64,000 nt of DNA from an uncultured Alphaproteobacteria bacterium (GCA_902567135.1 CACFLO010000001.1:49748-113747); one strand, 5' to 3'; counted from the stretch's first letter, positions 1 through 8,620 are shown. Notes: generated from the letters alone by a model not told the origin. A program made the numbers and translations.

Positions 1-1219
1 TTACCCAAGGAAAATTTGTTAAAGCTGAAATATTATTATCAAAATCTTCACCCAGACCATCAGAACTTCCATTTACCCAAATACCTTTTGATGCAAGTTT
101 TTTCCATGTTTTTAAACCACTAGACCAAACGATATTATCTGAATTTATTTTTGCTTGATTTGGAAGTGCGCTTATACGAGATATAAATACACACTTATTT
201 TTTAAACTACTTATTCTGACCGCAGTTTCATTTATTTGCTTCCTCTCAAAAATTTTATAATTATCTAAACTTTCAGGATATATTTGTTTTATATTATTAC
301 AGGAGCTTTTATTTTTTTTATTTTTTTCCAAATACCAATCTTCGAAATGAGCACCTTTTTCATCCTCACCCCTTTTAGAGACAACTGTTCCATGTTGATG
401 ATGTATATAAGATACACCTATTTTTTGATGACAACCTCCACCATAATTTTTCAAAATTTTTCTTTCATTTTCAACGTTTTCAAAATCAGCTTTAAAATTT
501 ATTTTTTTTAATAAAGAATTAAGTTTATTATCATCAATTCTTAATTCAATTGCTAAAGCTCCTTGACCAGGGGAACAAGGATTAATTGAGAGAGGTACAA
601 TTGTCCAAAAACATTGATTAATATAATTTTTAAGCTCTTTTTTTAATTCTTTGAATCGAGGAATTTGATTTAATAATATTCTATCAATTGCTGCTTTAGC
701 TACTATAAAACTATTATTTTCTGAACTATTAATAAATTTTTTAAAACGGGTTGGAATATTACCTCTTATATTTTCAAAATTTACAATTTTGTATTTTTGT
801 GGAAGATAATTTTTAATGAAGTTTTCTAAATTATATTTTCTTCTAGGCGATGAACATAGAACGTTAATAACGCCATCTTTATTAATTTTATTTTTCTTTA
901 TAAATAATATGTCTCGTTTATCTGATCTCTTTAATGTTGAAGCAATTATTGTTTGCTTTCCAACTTCAATGGGTAAATCTTTCCAAGAATGAACTATTAA
1001 ATCACATTGATTATTTATTAATTGATCTCTTAGATCATTAGTAAAAACTCCCTCTGAAGACATTTCTGAAAGTGGAGTTACTAAATCTTTATCACCAGAG
1101 GTACTTTTAGTTAAATATTCAATCTCGGTATCTGGAAATTTAGATTGTAGGTATTCACCAAATTCATATGCTTGAATAATAGCTAAATCACTTTTTCTAG
1201 ATAATACTCTTATTTTCAT
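1..1219 (-). CDS. hemC: Porphobilinogen deaminase (hydroxymethylbilane synthase), truncated by the window edge, with a C-terminal extension resembling uroporphyrinogen-III synthase (HemD-like)
   Basis: Absent from the ORF track because it runs off the window. I checked the minus frame codon by codon: ATG at 1219..1217 and no stop down to base 2 (406 codons). The translation MKIRVLSRKSDLAIIQA..VHSWKDLP..SSPRR..RGNIPTR..SPGQGALAIELR..GGGCHQKIG carries HemC hallmarks, including the cofactor Cys. The tail (CVFISR..NIVWSSGLKTWKKLASKGIWVNGSSDGLGE) looks HemD-like. Confidence 0.8.
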   Translation of the reverse strand, partial: MKIRVLSRKSDLAIIQAYEFGEYLQSKFPDTEIEYLTKSTSGDKDLVTPLSEMSSEGVFTNDLRDQLINNQCDLIVHSWKDLPIEVGKQTIIASTLKRSDKRDILFIKKNKINKDGVINVLCSSPRRKYNLENFIKNYLPQKYKIVNFENIRGNIPTRFKKFINSSENNSFIVAKAAIDRILLNQIPRFKELKKELKNYINQCFWTIVPLSINPCSPGQGALAIELRIDDNKLNSLLKKINFKADFENVENERKILKNYGGGCHQKIGVSYIHHQHGTVVSKRGEDEKGAHFEDWYLEKNKKNKSSCNNIKQIYPESLDNYKIFERKQINETAVRISSLKNKCVFISRISALPNQAKINSDNIVWSSGLKTWKKLASKGIWVNGSSDGLGEDFDNNISALTNFPWV

Positions 1220-1356
1220 GGATTACAATTTCTCACATAACACTATATAATAAATAAATAAATTGATCACTTAGGAAACTTAAAATAAAAATAGGTGTGA
1301 CAATTATGCAAATAAGATACTTGGTTTTTAAACATAAACATATACTTATATCTTAA

Positions 1357-2592
1357 ATGGATTATTCAAAATTTTTTAATACAGAGTTGGAAAAATTTAA
1401 AAAAGAAGGTCTTTATCGTAATTTTAGAGAAATAGATCGTCCTATAAAGAAATTCCCTAAGGCAGATGAAATTCAGGGTGAAGAAGAAAGAGACGTTGAA
1501 GTATGGTGTTCTAATGATTATTTAAATATGAGCCAACACCCAGAAGTTGTAAATGAAACTGTTAAAACACTTTTAGAAATTGGGTCAGGTTCTGGTGGAA
1601 CCAGAAACATCTCTGGTACAAGCTCTTACCATACTGCTCTTGAGAGAAAATTAGCAGCAGTACATAATAAGGAAAATGCGCTAATATTCGCATCAGCTTA
1701 TACAGCTAATCAATCTACTTTATGGACTTTAGGTAAAAAAATTAAAAATTTAGAAATATTTTCTGATGAACTTAATCACGCATCTCTCATACAAGGTATA
1801 AAAAATAGTAGTGCAAATTGTCATATTTTTCAACATAATGACGTTGATCATCTTGAACAACTTCTAAGAAATACTGATCAGAATCATCCTAAATTAATTG
1901 TATTTGAGAGCTTATATTCAATGGAAGGGATAAGATCTCCTATTTTAAAAATTGTTGAACTCGCAAAAAAATATAACGCAATGACATATCTGGATGAAGT
2001 TCATTCAGTTGGTTTGTATGGAGACAAAGGTAAGGGTATAGCTGTAGAAATGAAAGTTGATCAAAAAATTGATATTATAAATGGAACTCTTGCAAAAGCT
2101 TATGGGCAAATGGGTGGATATATTGCAGCAAATAAAGAAATAATTGATTATATCAGAAGTTTTGCACCAGGTTTTATTTTTACAACTTCAATATGCCCAT
2201 CAATTGCAGCGGGAGCAAGTAAAGCTATAGATATTGTATCATTAGCTGATCAATTAAGAATTAAAATTCATGAGAATGCATCCACTATAAGGCAATTACT
2301 TGAATCAATAGCTATACCGTATATCGACACTAACAGTCACATAATATCCGTCATGATTAATGATCCATTTCTTTGCAAAAAAGTATCTGAAAAATTAATT
2401 GATGATCACGGTATTTATGCTCAACCAATTTTTTATCCTACAGTTCCAAAAGGACTTGAAAGACTTAGAATTACAGTAACTCCTAAGCACAGAAAAGATC
2501 ACATAGAAAAAATGATTAAATCTCTTGATAAAGTATGGTCTGCGTTAAGTTTACCAAGAAAAAATTCAACAAAAATTCATATTAACAACTAG
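1357..2592 (+). CDS. hemA: 5-aminolevulinate synthase (alpha-oxoamine synthase family)
   Basis: 411 aa with ALAS-type motifs: YRNFREIDR, VWCSNDYLNMSQHPEV, GSGGTRNISGT, and the PLP-lysine region GTLAKAYG. Divergent from hemC. Confidence 0.9.
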   Translation: MDYSKFFNTELEKFKKEGLYRNFREIDRPIKKFPKADEIQGEEERDVEVWCSNDYLNMSQHPEVVNETVKTLLEIGSGSGGTRNISGTSSYHTALERKLAAVHNKENALIFASAYTANQSTLWTLGKKIKNLEIFSDELNHASLIQGIKNSSANCHIFQHNDVDHLEQLLRNTDQNHPKLIVFESLYSMEGIRSPILKIVELAKKYNAMTYLDEVHSVGLYGDKGKGIAVEMKVDQKIDIINGTLAKAYGQMGGYIAANKEIIDYIRSFAPGFIFTTSICPSIAAGASKAIDIVSLADQLRIKIHENASTIRQLLESIAIPYIDTNSHIISVMINDPFLCKKVSEKLIDDHGIYAQPIFYPTVPKGLERLRITVTPKHRKDHIEKMIKSLDKVWSALSLPRKNSTKIHINN

Positions 2593-3512
2593 GGTAAAAC
2601 TGGTTCGCTTTTTTTTCTAGCTCCATAGCCATAATATATAACTGCCAAGACTATTATTCCCCCTCCAAGAATAACAGTAAAGCTTGGAACTTCATTTATA
2701 CCAAAAATTGGTATAGATACCCATATGACACCACCTACACATTCCATCAAAGATAAAAATGTCAACTCAGCTGAAGGTAAATATTTTGCTCCCAAAGTGT
2801 ATAAAATTAAACCAGATGCAACAATTAAACCATGAAGTAAACTCAAGTAACTATTTATTGCTGGCATGTCAGTAAACGGTTTAAATGATAACCCTAAAAC
2901 ACAATAAGAAAATATAGCACAAAATAGACCTGCTAAAAAAACAGTTGTAAATTTTGGTGTCTCAGGTTTCCACCTTATTGTTACAGAATATAACGCAAAA
3001 CCTGTTGCTGAAATAAATCCTATTATAGCTCCAAGAGCACTTCCTGAAATACTATCATTATAAATCATTACACAAACTCCAATAAATGCAATTATCATTG
3101 CAATTAAAGTAGACCTACTAAGAATTTCACCTAAAATCAAATAACCCACAATTGCTGCAATGAATGGCATAGCGGCTAACATAAACAAAGTTACTGCTGC
3201 AGCAGTCATTGTTATTGAAAAAATAAATCCAGTAAATGCTGTAGCTAAAAATATTCCTCCAAGTACTGATGAAACTCCAATTTTAAGAAAATTTTTATAA
3301 AAACTAGATCCTTCTTTTAAAATTAAATAAATTAATAAAATAATTGCAATTGCTATTCCTCTGTAAAATAAATAATGAAAAACATATGTATGTGCATCAT
3401 CCATATATCTTACAGTTACGGCTCCAAAACTCCAAATTAAGCCAGCAAGAAAAACTAATATAAATGCATTGAAATAACTGTTAGAATTCATACTAATAGA
3501 CCTGTGCACCAA
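2589..3512 (-). CDS. EamA/DMT-family permease
   Basis: 307 aa, hydrophobic throughout, about 10 TM segments with a two-fold EamA-like layout. Overlaps the hemA stop by 4 nt. Confidence 0.7.
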   Translation of the reverse strand: MVHRSISMNSNSYFNAFILVFLAGLIWSFGAVTVRYMDDAHTYVFHYLFYRGIAIAIILLIYLILKEGSSFYKNFLKIGVSSVLGGIFLATAFTGFIFSITMTAAAVTLFMLAAMPFIAAIVGYLILGEILSRSTLIAMIIAFIGVCVMIYNDSISGSALGAIIGFISATGFALYSVTIRWKPETPKFTTVFLAGLFCAIFSYCVLGLSFKPFTDMPAINSYLSLLHGLIVASGLILYTLGAKYLPSAELTFLSLMECVGGVIWVSIPIFGINEVPSFTVILGGGIIVLAVIYYGYGARKKSEPVLP

Positions 3513-3560
3513 ATTGAAGAAAAAGTAAATTATAAAAGAAATTTAAGAAAAAAATTTGTG

Positions 3561-4067
3561 CTAATTACAGACCCCTATAGAGCCAAGTGCACATTTTTTT
3601 CCATCAACCCATATAGCGCTAGATAAATTAGCTTCATCAAAAATTGCTCCTGAAATATTAGCTCCTAGCAGGTTAGCTTCATATAAATTAGCCCCTTTAA
3701 AGGAAGAGGTAAAAAGATTAGCTCCTTCAAAATTAACCTTGGCAAGATTTGCATTTTCAAAATTTGCATTATTGCAATTAGCACCTTGTAAATTAGATGA
3801 ATATAAGTTTGAATTACTAAAATTTGCAAAAATAAAATTTCCAATAGACAGATCAGAGTTATTTAATTGCGATTTCTCTAAATTGGCTAGAGATAAATTA
3901 ACTCCTGACATCTTTGCGTTAGCCATTCCAACACCTATTAAATCAAGGTTTTCAACAAAATTACAGTTTGTCCAATCAACTTCATTAGAAGGCTGATCAT
4001 CACATCCAGCATGAGCAAAACTTGGCAGTAATAAAATTAATAGTAAAATCATCCATCTCATAAACAA
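3561..4067 (-). CDS. Exported pentapeptide-repeat protein
   Basis: N-terminal signal peptide (MILLLILLLPSFAHA/GC) followed by about 25 consecutive A(D/N)LxX-type pentapeptides (ANLEKSQLNNSDLSIGNFIFANFSNSNLYSSNLQGANCNNANFENANLAKVNFEGANL...). Confidence 0.8.
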   Translation of the reverse strand: MFMRWMILLLILLLPSFAHAGCDDQPSNEVDWTNCNFVENLDLIGVGMANAKMSGVNLSLANLEKSQLNNSDLSIGNFIFANFSNSNLYSSNLQGANCNNANFENANLAKVNFEGANLFTSSFKGANLYEANLLGANISGAIFDEANLSSAIWVDGKKCALGSIGVCN

Positions 4068-4102
4068 TTAAGTAAGAAAACTTTATGTTTAATTTAAGGC
4101 AA

Positions 4103-6016
4103 CTATCTTGAGGTAAGTTTTAGTTCAATTCTTCTATTTTGCTGATAATCTTCTATAGTTTCCCCATCACTAATAGGATAAAATTCTCCATATCCAGCAG
4201 CGGCAAGTCTTCTTGGAGGAAAGCCAATCTCAAGTAATAATTTCAAAACTGAATTAGCCCGAGCACTTGATAGTTCCCAGTTAGAGGGAAATTGTATTGT
4301 ATTAATTGGTATTTTATCAGTATGTCCCTCTACCTGAATTATCCAATCAATATCTGTTGGGATTTCATTTGTGGTCTCCATCAATGTCATAGCAATTTGT
4401 TTTAGCTTTGCTTTACCATTTTCTTGTAAATTTGCAGAAGCTGAGTCAAATAATAGCTCTGATTCAAAAATAAATCTATCACCAACAACTTTAATATCAT
4501 CTCTGTCACCTAATAAAGATTGGAGTTTTCCAAAAAATTCTGAACGGTATTTTTGCAACTCAAATATTTTTGATGTTAATGCTTTATTTAACCTTTCACC
4601 AAGAATTTCAATTTCTAAATTCTTAGATGCAGTTTCTATCTCACTTGACTCAAGAGCTCTATTTAAAGTCAGTATTTCAATTTTTAAATTGTCAATTTCA
4701 TTTGATAAAATAGAGATTTGCTCAAATGTTTGTGATGCTTCAATTTGCATCTCCTCAATTTGATTACTAGAAACCTCATTCTCCATAGCTCTAGCATTTT
4801 CAACATTCTCAATATCTCTTTTTAATATTGCTATTTCTAATTCCTGTTCCATTCTTTTTTCATCAGAAATTGAAAGGACATTATTTAATTCAATTATCTT
4901 ACCTCTTAAATCAAAAATTGTATTATCTTTATTGATTAAATTTTGATTTAGTGTTGCTAATTCTTGATTCTTAAATCTTATTGCTTCTAATTGTTCCTGC
5001 AGTGTAGCATCTTTTAATCCCAAACTATCATTTATTTCCAATAAATCATTCATGAGATTTTGATATTGATTTATTTGATTTTGCAATTCTTCATCTCGAA
5101 GCGATAATTCTAAATTCGTTCGCTCTAACATACTTAAGGTTTCCTGAGTCTCTTTTTGAGAGTTTAGTAAATCTTTATTTAAATTTATAAGATCTTGATT
5201 TTTATTTTTAATTGCTTCTAGCTGCTCAGTAATACCGCCATCTTCTAAACCTAAACTTTCATTTATAGCAACTAGATTTTCATTCTTTATATTTAATTCA
5301 TTTATTTTCTCAGTAAGATCATTTTCACTAATTTCTAGTTTTTTATTTGTTACATCAAGCTGGTTATTAAGTATTTTAAGATTTTCATTTGATATGTTTA
5401 ATTCATCAACTTTTTCATTTAAATTTGTTTGGCTAATTGTAAGTTTATTATTTGTTTCATCTAGCTTTGCATTAAGTGTCTTTAATTGATCTATACGAGC
5501 AGCTAAAGCTTTATTAATTTTTTCACCCAATCCTTCTGTATCTAATATAGCACTATCTAAACCATCATAAACTTCAAGAGCTTTAGCAACAATTCGCAAT
5601 TCACTTAAAAGTTCTGTTATTTGACTAGACAGAGCAAGTATATTTTGTTCTTGAACAAATATTTCTGTGCTTTTTTTAGCAAGATCTGTTTGTAAACCTT
5701 CTGCAATTAATTCTTGCGTTTTCAAATCTTTTTGAACATTACTTAATTGCGACTCTGTGTCTGATAAAGTTTGAAGAGCTTCTTTTTTTTCAGTAACTTC
5801 TGATTGAAGAATTTTTGATAATTCACTAATTTGGATTCTCAGTTCTTGCAAAGCCTTATCTCTTCCTGAAATAGCATCACTCAAATAAATTTGAGATACT
5901 GTAAATACCATTAGTACAAAGATAATAACTATTAACAGTGTAGCCAAAACATCTACAAATCCAGGCCAAATATTATTTGAATCACCAAGTCTATTTCTTA
6001 AAGACCTAGATACCAT
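4103..6016 (-). CDS. MotB/ExbD-like membrane anchor with a coiled-coil region of about 450 aa and a C-terminal OmpA-type peptidoglycan-binding domain
   Basis: Single N-terminal TM with an acidic residue at its cytoplasmic edge (IWPGFVDVLATLLIVIIFVL, compare the MotB plug/TM Asp). Residues about 50-500 are heptad-rich and Pro/Gly-poor. The C-terminus (QVEGHTD..NWELSSARANSV..AAAGYGEFYPI..NRRIELKL) is OmpA/MotB-like. Confidence 0.75.
   Translation of the reverse strand: MVSRSLRNRLGDSNNIWPGFVDVLATLLIVIIFVLMVFTVSQIYLSDAISGRDKALQELRIQISELSKILQSEVTEKKEALQTLSDTESQLSNVQKDLKTQELIAEGLQTDLAKKSTEIFVQEQNILALSSQITELLSELRIVAKALEVYDGLDSAILDTEGLGEKINKALAARIDQLKTLNAKLDETNNKLTISQTNLNEKVDELNISNENLKILNNQLDVTNKKLEISENDLTEKINELNIKNENLVAINESLGLEDGGITEQLEAIKNKNQDLINLNKDLLNSQKETQETLSMLERTNLELSLRDEELQNQINQYQNLMNDLLEINDSLGLKDATLQEQLEAIRFKNQELATLNQNLINKDNTIFDLRGKIIELNNVLSISDEKRMEQELEIAILKRDIENVENARAMENEVSSNQIEEMQIEASQTFEQISILSNEIDNLKIEILTLNRALESSEIETASKNLEIEILGERLNKALTSKIFELQKYRSEFFGKLQSLLGDRDDIKVVGDRFIFESELLFDSASANLQENGKAKLKQIAMTLMETTNEIPTDIDWIIQVEGHTDKIPINTIQFPSNWELSSARANSVLKLLLEIGFPPRRLAAAGYGEFYPISDGETIEDYQQNRRIELKLTSR
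4937..5464 (-). repeat. Internal tandem duplications inside the coiled-coil gene (2 x 35 aa and 2 x 77 aa units)
   Basis: LDETNNKLTISQTNLNEKVDELNISNENLKILNNQ is followed directly by LDVTNKKLEISENDLTEKINELNIKNENLVAINES. INESLGLEDGGITEQLEAIKNKNQDLINLNKDL recurs 77 aa later as INDSLGLKDATLQEQLEAIRFKNQELATLNQNL. At DNA level, attgcttcta at 4980 and 5211 gives a 231-nt period. Confidence 0.8.
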
Positions 6017-6018
6017 TA

Positions 6019-7059
6019 TTATTTTTTATTTTTTGTATTTAATTTTTTAATACTCTGATTCAAATCTTCAAATATTTTTTTTGTTGAGCTATCTAAAAAG
6101 CCTTGATCATTAATTTTATTTATCAATTGTAGTATGCTTGATTGAGTATTTAATTGAGTTGATAAAAAATTGGATAGTTTTTCATCCATTTCTGCTGAAT
6201 GCGTATTAACATTTTTAATTTGCTCATTTAAGTTAGCTAAATTATTATTAATCTCATTTTGATTTTCAGAAGTTTTTTTTAATGAATACACAATACTATC
6301 TAAATTATCATAAATTTTTTGAAGTGCTTGTTGACCAATATTATCAGAAGGTGATGAATTAAGTAAATCTGGAAAGGAATTGTTCTCCAATATTTTTTCG
6401 AAAAATAAACTAAACTTATTTTGTGCTTGCCCAAGATTTATATCCATAAAACCAAGAATTAATGAACCAGCCAATCCAAGTAATGAACTGCTAAAAGCAA
6501 TGCTCATTCCTTGTAGAGGTGCATTTAAACCGTCTTTTAAAGAATTAAAAAAACCAGCAACATTTGTATCATCAATACCAAGACCATTAATTACATCGCC
6601 AACCGAACCTATGGTCTTCAGTAATCCCCAGAAAGTTCCAAGTAATCCTAAAAAAACTAATAAACCAACTAAGTACCTTGAAGTTTCTCTAACGCCTGAT
6701 AATGACATATCAGAATTTTCGATTAACCTATTAATTACAGAACTTTTAAAAACAAATCTGCCTTCTACCTGCTTAAGATCACCAGCAATATTTTTTAAAT
6801 TACCATTATTATTAAGAAAAGATTTTGGAGATTTATTTATTTCAAAATTTGCCAATGCTATATAATCCGTATTTAGACCAGCAAGCTTTAGTAAATTAAA
6901 AATAATACCAACAGCCAAAGCTGCTAAAATTATTAAATTTATAAATATATTTGATAAAAAAGCATTTTGAAGAACTGGATAAATAAGGACAACAATGATA
7001 AATACTATTGCTAAGAAAAATCCTACTCTTAATAAATATTGATTCAAGCTTTTTTGCAT
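6019..7059 (-). CDS. MotA/TolQ/ExbB-family proton-channel protein with a polar C-terminal tail of about 125 aa
   Basis: Two N-terminal TMs, then a TolQ/ExbB-type TM3/TM4 signature (LVFLGLLGTFWGLLKTI ... GMSIAFSSSLLGLAGSLILGF), then a heptad-like tail (NLANLNEQIKNVNTHSAEMDEKLSNFL...). It ends 2 nt before the MotB-like gene. Confidence 0.7.
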   Translation of the reverse strand: MQKSLNQYLLRVGFFLAIVFIIVVLIYPVLQNAFLSNIFINLIILAALAVGIIFNLLKLAGLNTDYIALANFEINKSPKSFLNNNGNLKNIAGDLKQVEGRFVFKSSVINRLIENSDMSLSGVRETSRYLVGLLVFLGLLGTFWGLLKTIGSVGDVINGLGIDDTNVAGFFNSLKDGLNAPLQGMSIAFSSSLLGLAGSLILGFMDINLGQAQNKFSLFFEKILENNSFPDLLNSSPSDNIGQQALQKIYDNLDSIVYSLKKTSENQNEINNNLANLNEQIKNVNTHSAEMDEKLSNFLSTQLNTQSSILQLINKINDQGFLDSSTKKIFEDLNQSIKKLNTKNKK

Positions 7060-7116
7060 AAAATAGTATCTAGTTAATATATGTTTATAATAAGTATTTT
7101 ATACATCTAAATTATG

Positions 7117-8301
7117 TCAATTATACATATAGTTTCTTGTTAAGGGTAAATTATTAATATTCTTAGCAATTTGGATTTGGAAAACAACATTTCCCATATT
7201 GATAAAAGAATATTTACTAGCAAGTAAATAAAATTCCCACATACGATAAAAGCGCTCATCAAACATTTTAACAATTTTATCCTTGTTTTTTTGAACATTT
7301 CTATACCAATGAGTTAACGTATGAGCGTAATGTAACCGAAGTATCTCAATATCAGTTATATTTATATTGAGTTTTTGAGTTTCATTAATAATATCAGATA
7401 GAGAAGGTATATATCCTCCAGGAAAAATATATTTTCTTATCCACGGGCTTGTTGCAGTTGGAATACCTCTTTGACCAATTGTGTGAAGAAGAAATACTCC
7501 ATTTTCTTTTAATAAATCGTATGTTTTTTTTAAATAAGTTTTAAAGTATTTGATACCAACATGCTCAAACATTCCCACAGATACAATTCGATCATATTTA
7601 TGAGTCTCATTTCTATAGTCTTGTATTTTAAATGAAATTTTATCAGACAAACCCTCTTCCTGAGCTCTTTTGGAAGCAGTGGCAAATTGGTTTTCTGAAA
7701 GCGTAATTCCTTTAACATTAGCCCCAGTTTGCTTAGCGATTTCTATAGCCATACCTCCCCATCCACATCCAATATCTAATACATTCATATTCTCCGTAAT
7801 TTGAAGCTTGTTAATTATATGTTTTTTTTTATCAATTTGCGCCTGCTCTAAACTAATATTTTCGTTATGAAAATATGCACAGGAGTATTGCATATCTTGA
7901 TCTAAAAAAAGTTTATACAAATCTTCTTTTAAATCATAATGATGTGCAACATTTTGTTTTGATTTAACAGCTTCATTGAGCTGCTGGAAAATTTTAAAAT
8001 ATCCAGAGAAATTCTCATATATTCTATATATAAAATTATTTTGAATAAAATCATCGTAACATGAAGTTATCAAGTCTATTAATTGTTCTATTGTGCCATC
8101 TAATATTAATATTTCTTGATTCATATAGCCTTCTCCAAAGTAAAGACCAGGATTTCTAAATAATTTTTTTTCTATTGATTTATTAGTAAGTTTAATTTTT
8201 AGATTATTTGAGCCACTTCCAAACTCATGAATTTTATCACTACTATCAATAATTGAAATTTTTTCTTTAAAATTTACTTTTTTTAAAACAGAATAAAGCA
8301 T
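7117..8301 (-). CDS. cfa: Cyclopropane-fatty-acyl-phospholipid synthase family SAM methyltransferase
   Basis: 394 aa with HYDL, YSCAYF, the SAM motif VLDIGCGWGGMAIEIA, and SVGMFEHVG, typical of the CFA synthase family. Confidence 0.8.
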   Translation of the reverse strand: MLYSVLKKVNFKEKISIIDSSDKIHEFGSGSNNLKIKLTNKSIEKKLFRNPGLYFGEGYMNQEILILDGTIEQLIDLITSCYDDFIQNNFIYRIYENFSGYFKIFQQLNEAVKSKQNVAHHYDLKEDLYKLFLDQDMQYSCAYFHNENISLEQAQIDKKKHIINKLQITENMNVLDIGCGWGGMAIEIAKQTGANVKGITLSENQFATASKRAQEEGLSDKISFKIQDYRNETHKYDRIVSVGMFEHVGIKYFKTYLKKTYDLLKENGVFLLHTIGQRGIPTATSPWIRKYIFPGGYIPSLSDIINETQKLNINITDIEILRLHYAHTLTHWYRNVQKNKDKIVKMFDERFYRMWEFYLLASKYSFINMGNVVFQIQIAKNINNLPLTRNYMYN

Positions 8302-8341
8302 AATTTTTTTAGGAATCTATTTTAAGAAAATGACTACTAAT

Positions 8342-8381
8342 GTCAACAAAATGAAAATGGCTGCGTAAAAACACAGCCATT
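8342..8381 (-). terminator. Candidate rho-independent terminator after the GcrA-like gene
   Basis: 8-bp stem aatggctg (8356-8363) / cagccatt (8374-8381) with a 10-nt loop. On the minus strand it is followed by TTCATTTTGTT. Confidence 0.45.
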
Positions 8382-8395
8382 AAAGAAGAAAAAAT

Positions 8396-8620
8396 TTATG
8401 CGGCTATGCGACGATTTTTTTGAGCTTCTTTTTCTTTTTTAAGCTCTCTTTCGTCAATATAAGCAACTTCACAATGCTGTTTACAGTATGGTTTTCCAGT
8501 CAACGTTTTAGCCTCACAAAAATGAAAATCTTTTTCTTGAGGATCTCCAATTGGCCACTGACAACTAGAGAAAGTGTGTGTCACTCTATTTTGTTTAAAA
8601 TAGTTTTTAATAATAGACAT
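8396..8620 (-). CDS. Stand-alone GcrA C-terminal-domain protein (mini-GcrA)
   Basis: 74 aa. CQWPIGDPQEKDFHFCEAKTLTGKPYCKQHCEVAY matches the conserved C-terminal block of GcrA (C.WPIGDP..F.FCG....GKPYC..H...AY). No N-terminal HTH region is present and the upstream frames are closed. Confidence 0.7.
   Translation of the reverse strand: MSIIKNYFKQNRVTHTFSSCQWPIGDPQEKDFHFCEAKTLTGKPYCKQHCEVAYIDERELKKEKEAQKNRRIAA

Noticed and set aside
284-511. ORF-track + strand ORF (75 aa, F/I-rich)
   Set aside because: It lies entirely antisense to the verified open hemC frame. The sequence is low-complexity and typical of the shadow frame of an AT-rich gene.
3739-6865. Three + strand ORFs (3739-3996, 4371-4763, 6380-6865) opposite the pentapeptide, MotB-like and MotA-like genes
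   Set aside because: Each is nested antisense in a longer ORF with clear family motifs. Repeat-rich genes often keep the opposite frame open. No start context or motif is present.
3561-7059. Interpretation of the MotA/MotB-like pair as a Zorya anti-phage system or as a flagellar stator
   Set aside because: No ZorC/ZorD/ZorE-like genes (helicase, nuclease or other large partners) and no flagellar or chemotaxis genes occur in the window. The long coiled coil is on the B subunit, not the A subunit. It is kept as an unclassified stator-like module instead.
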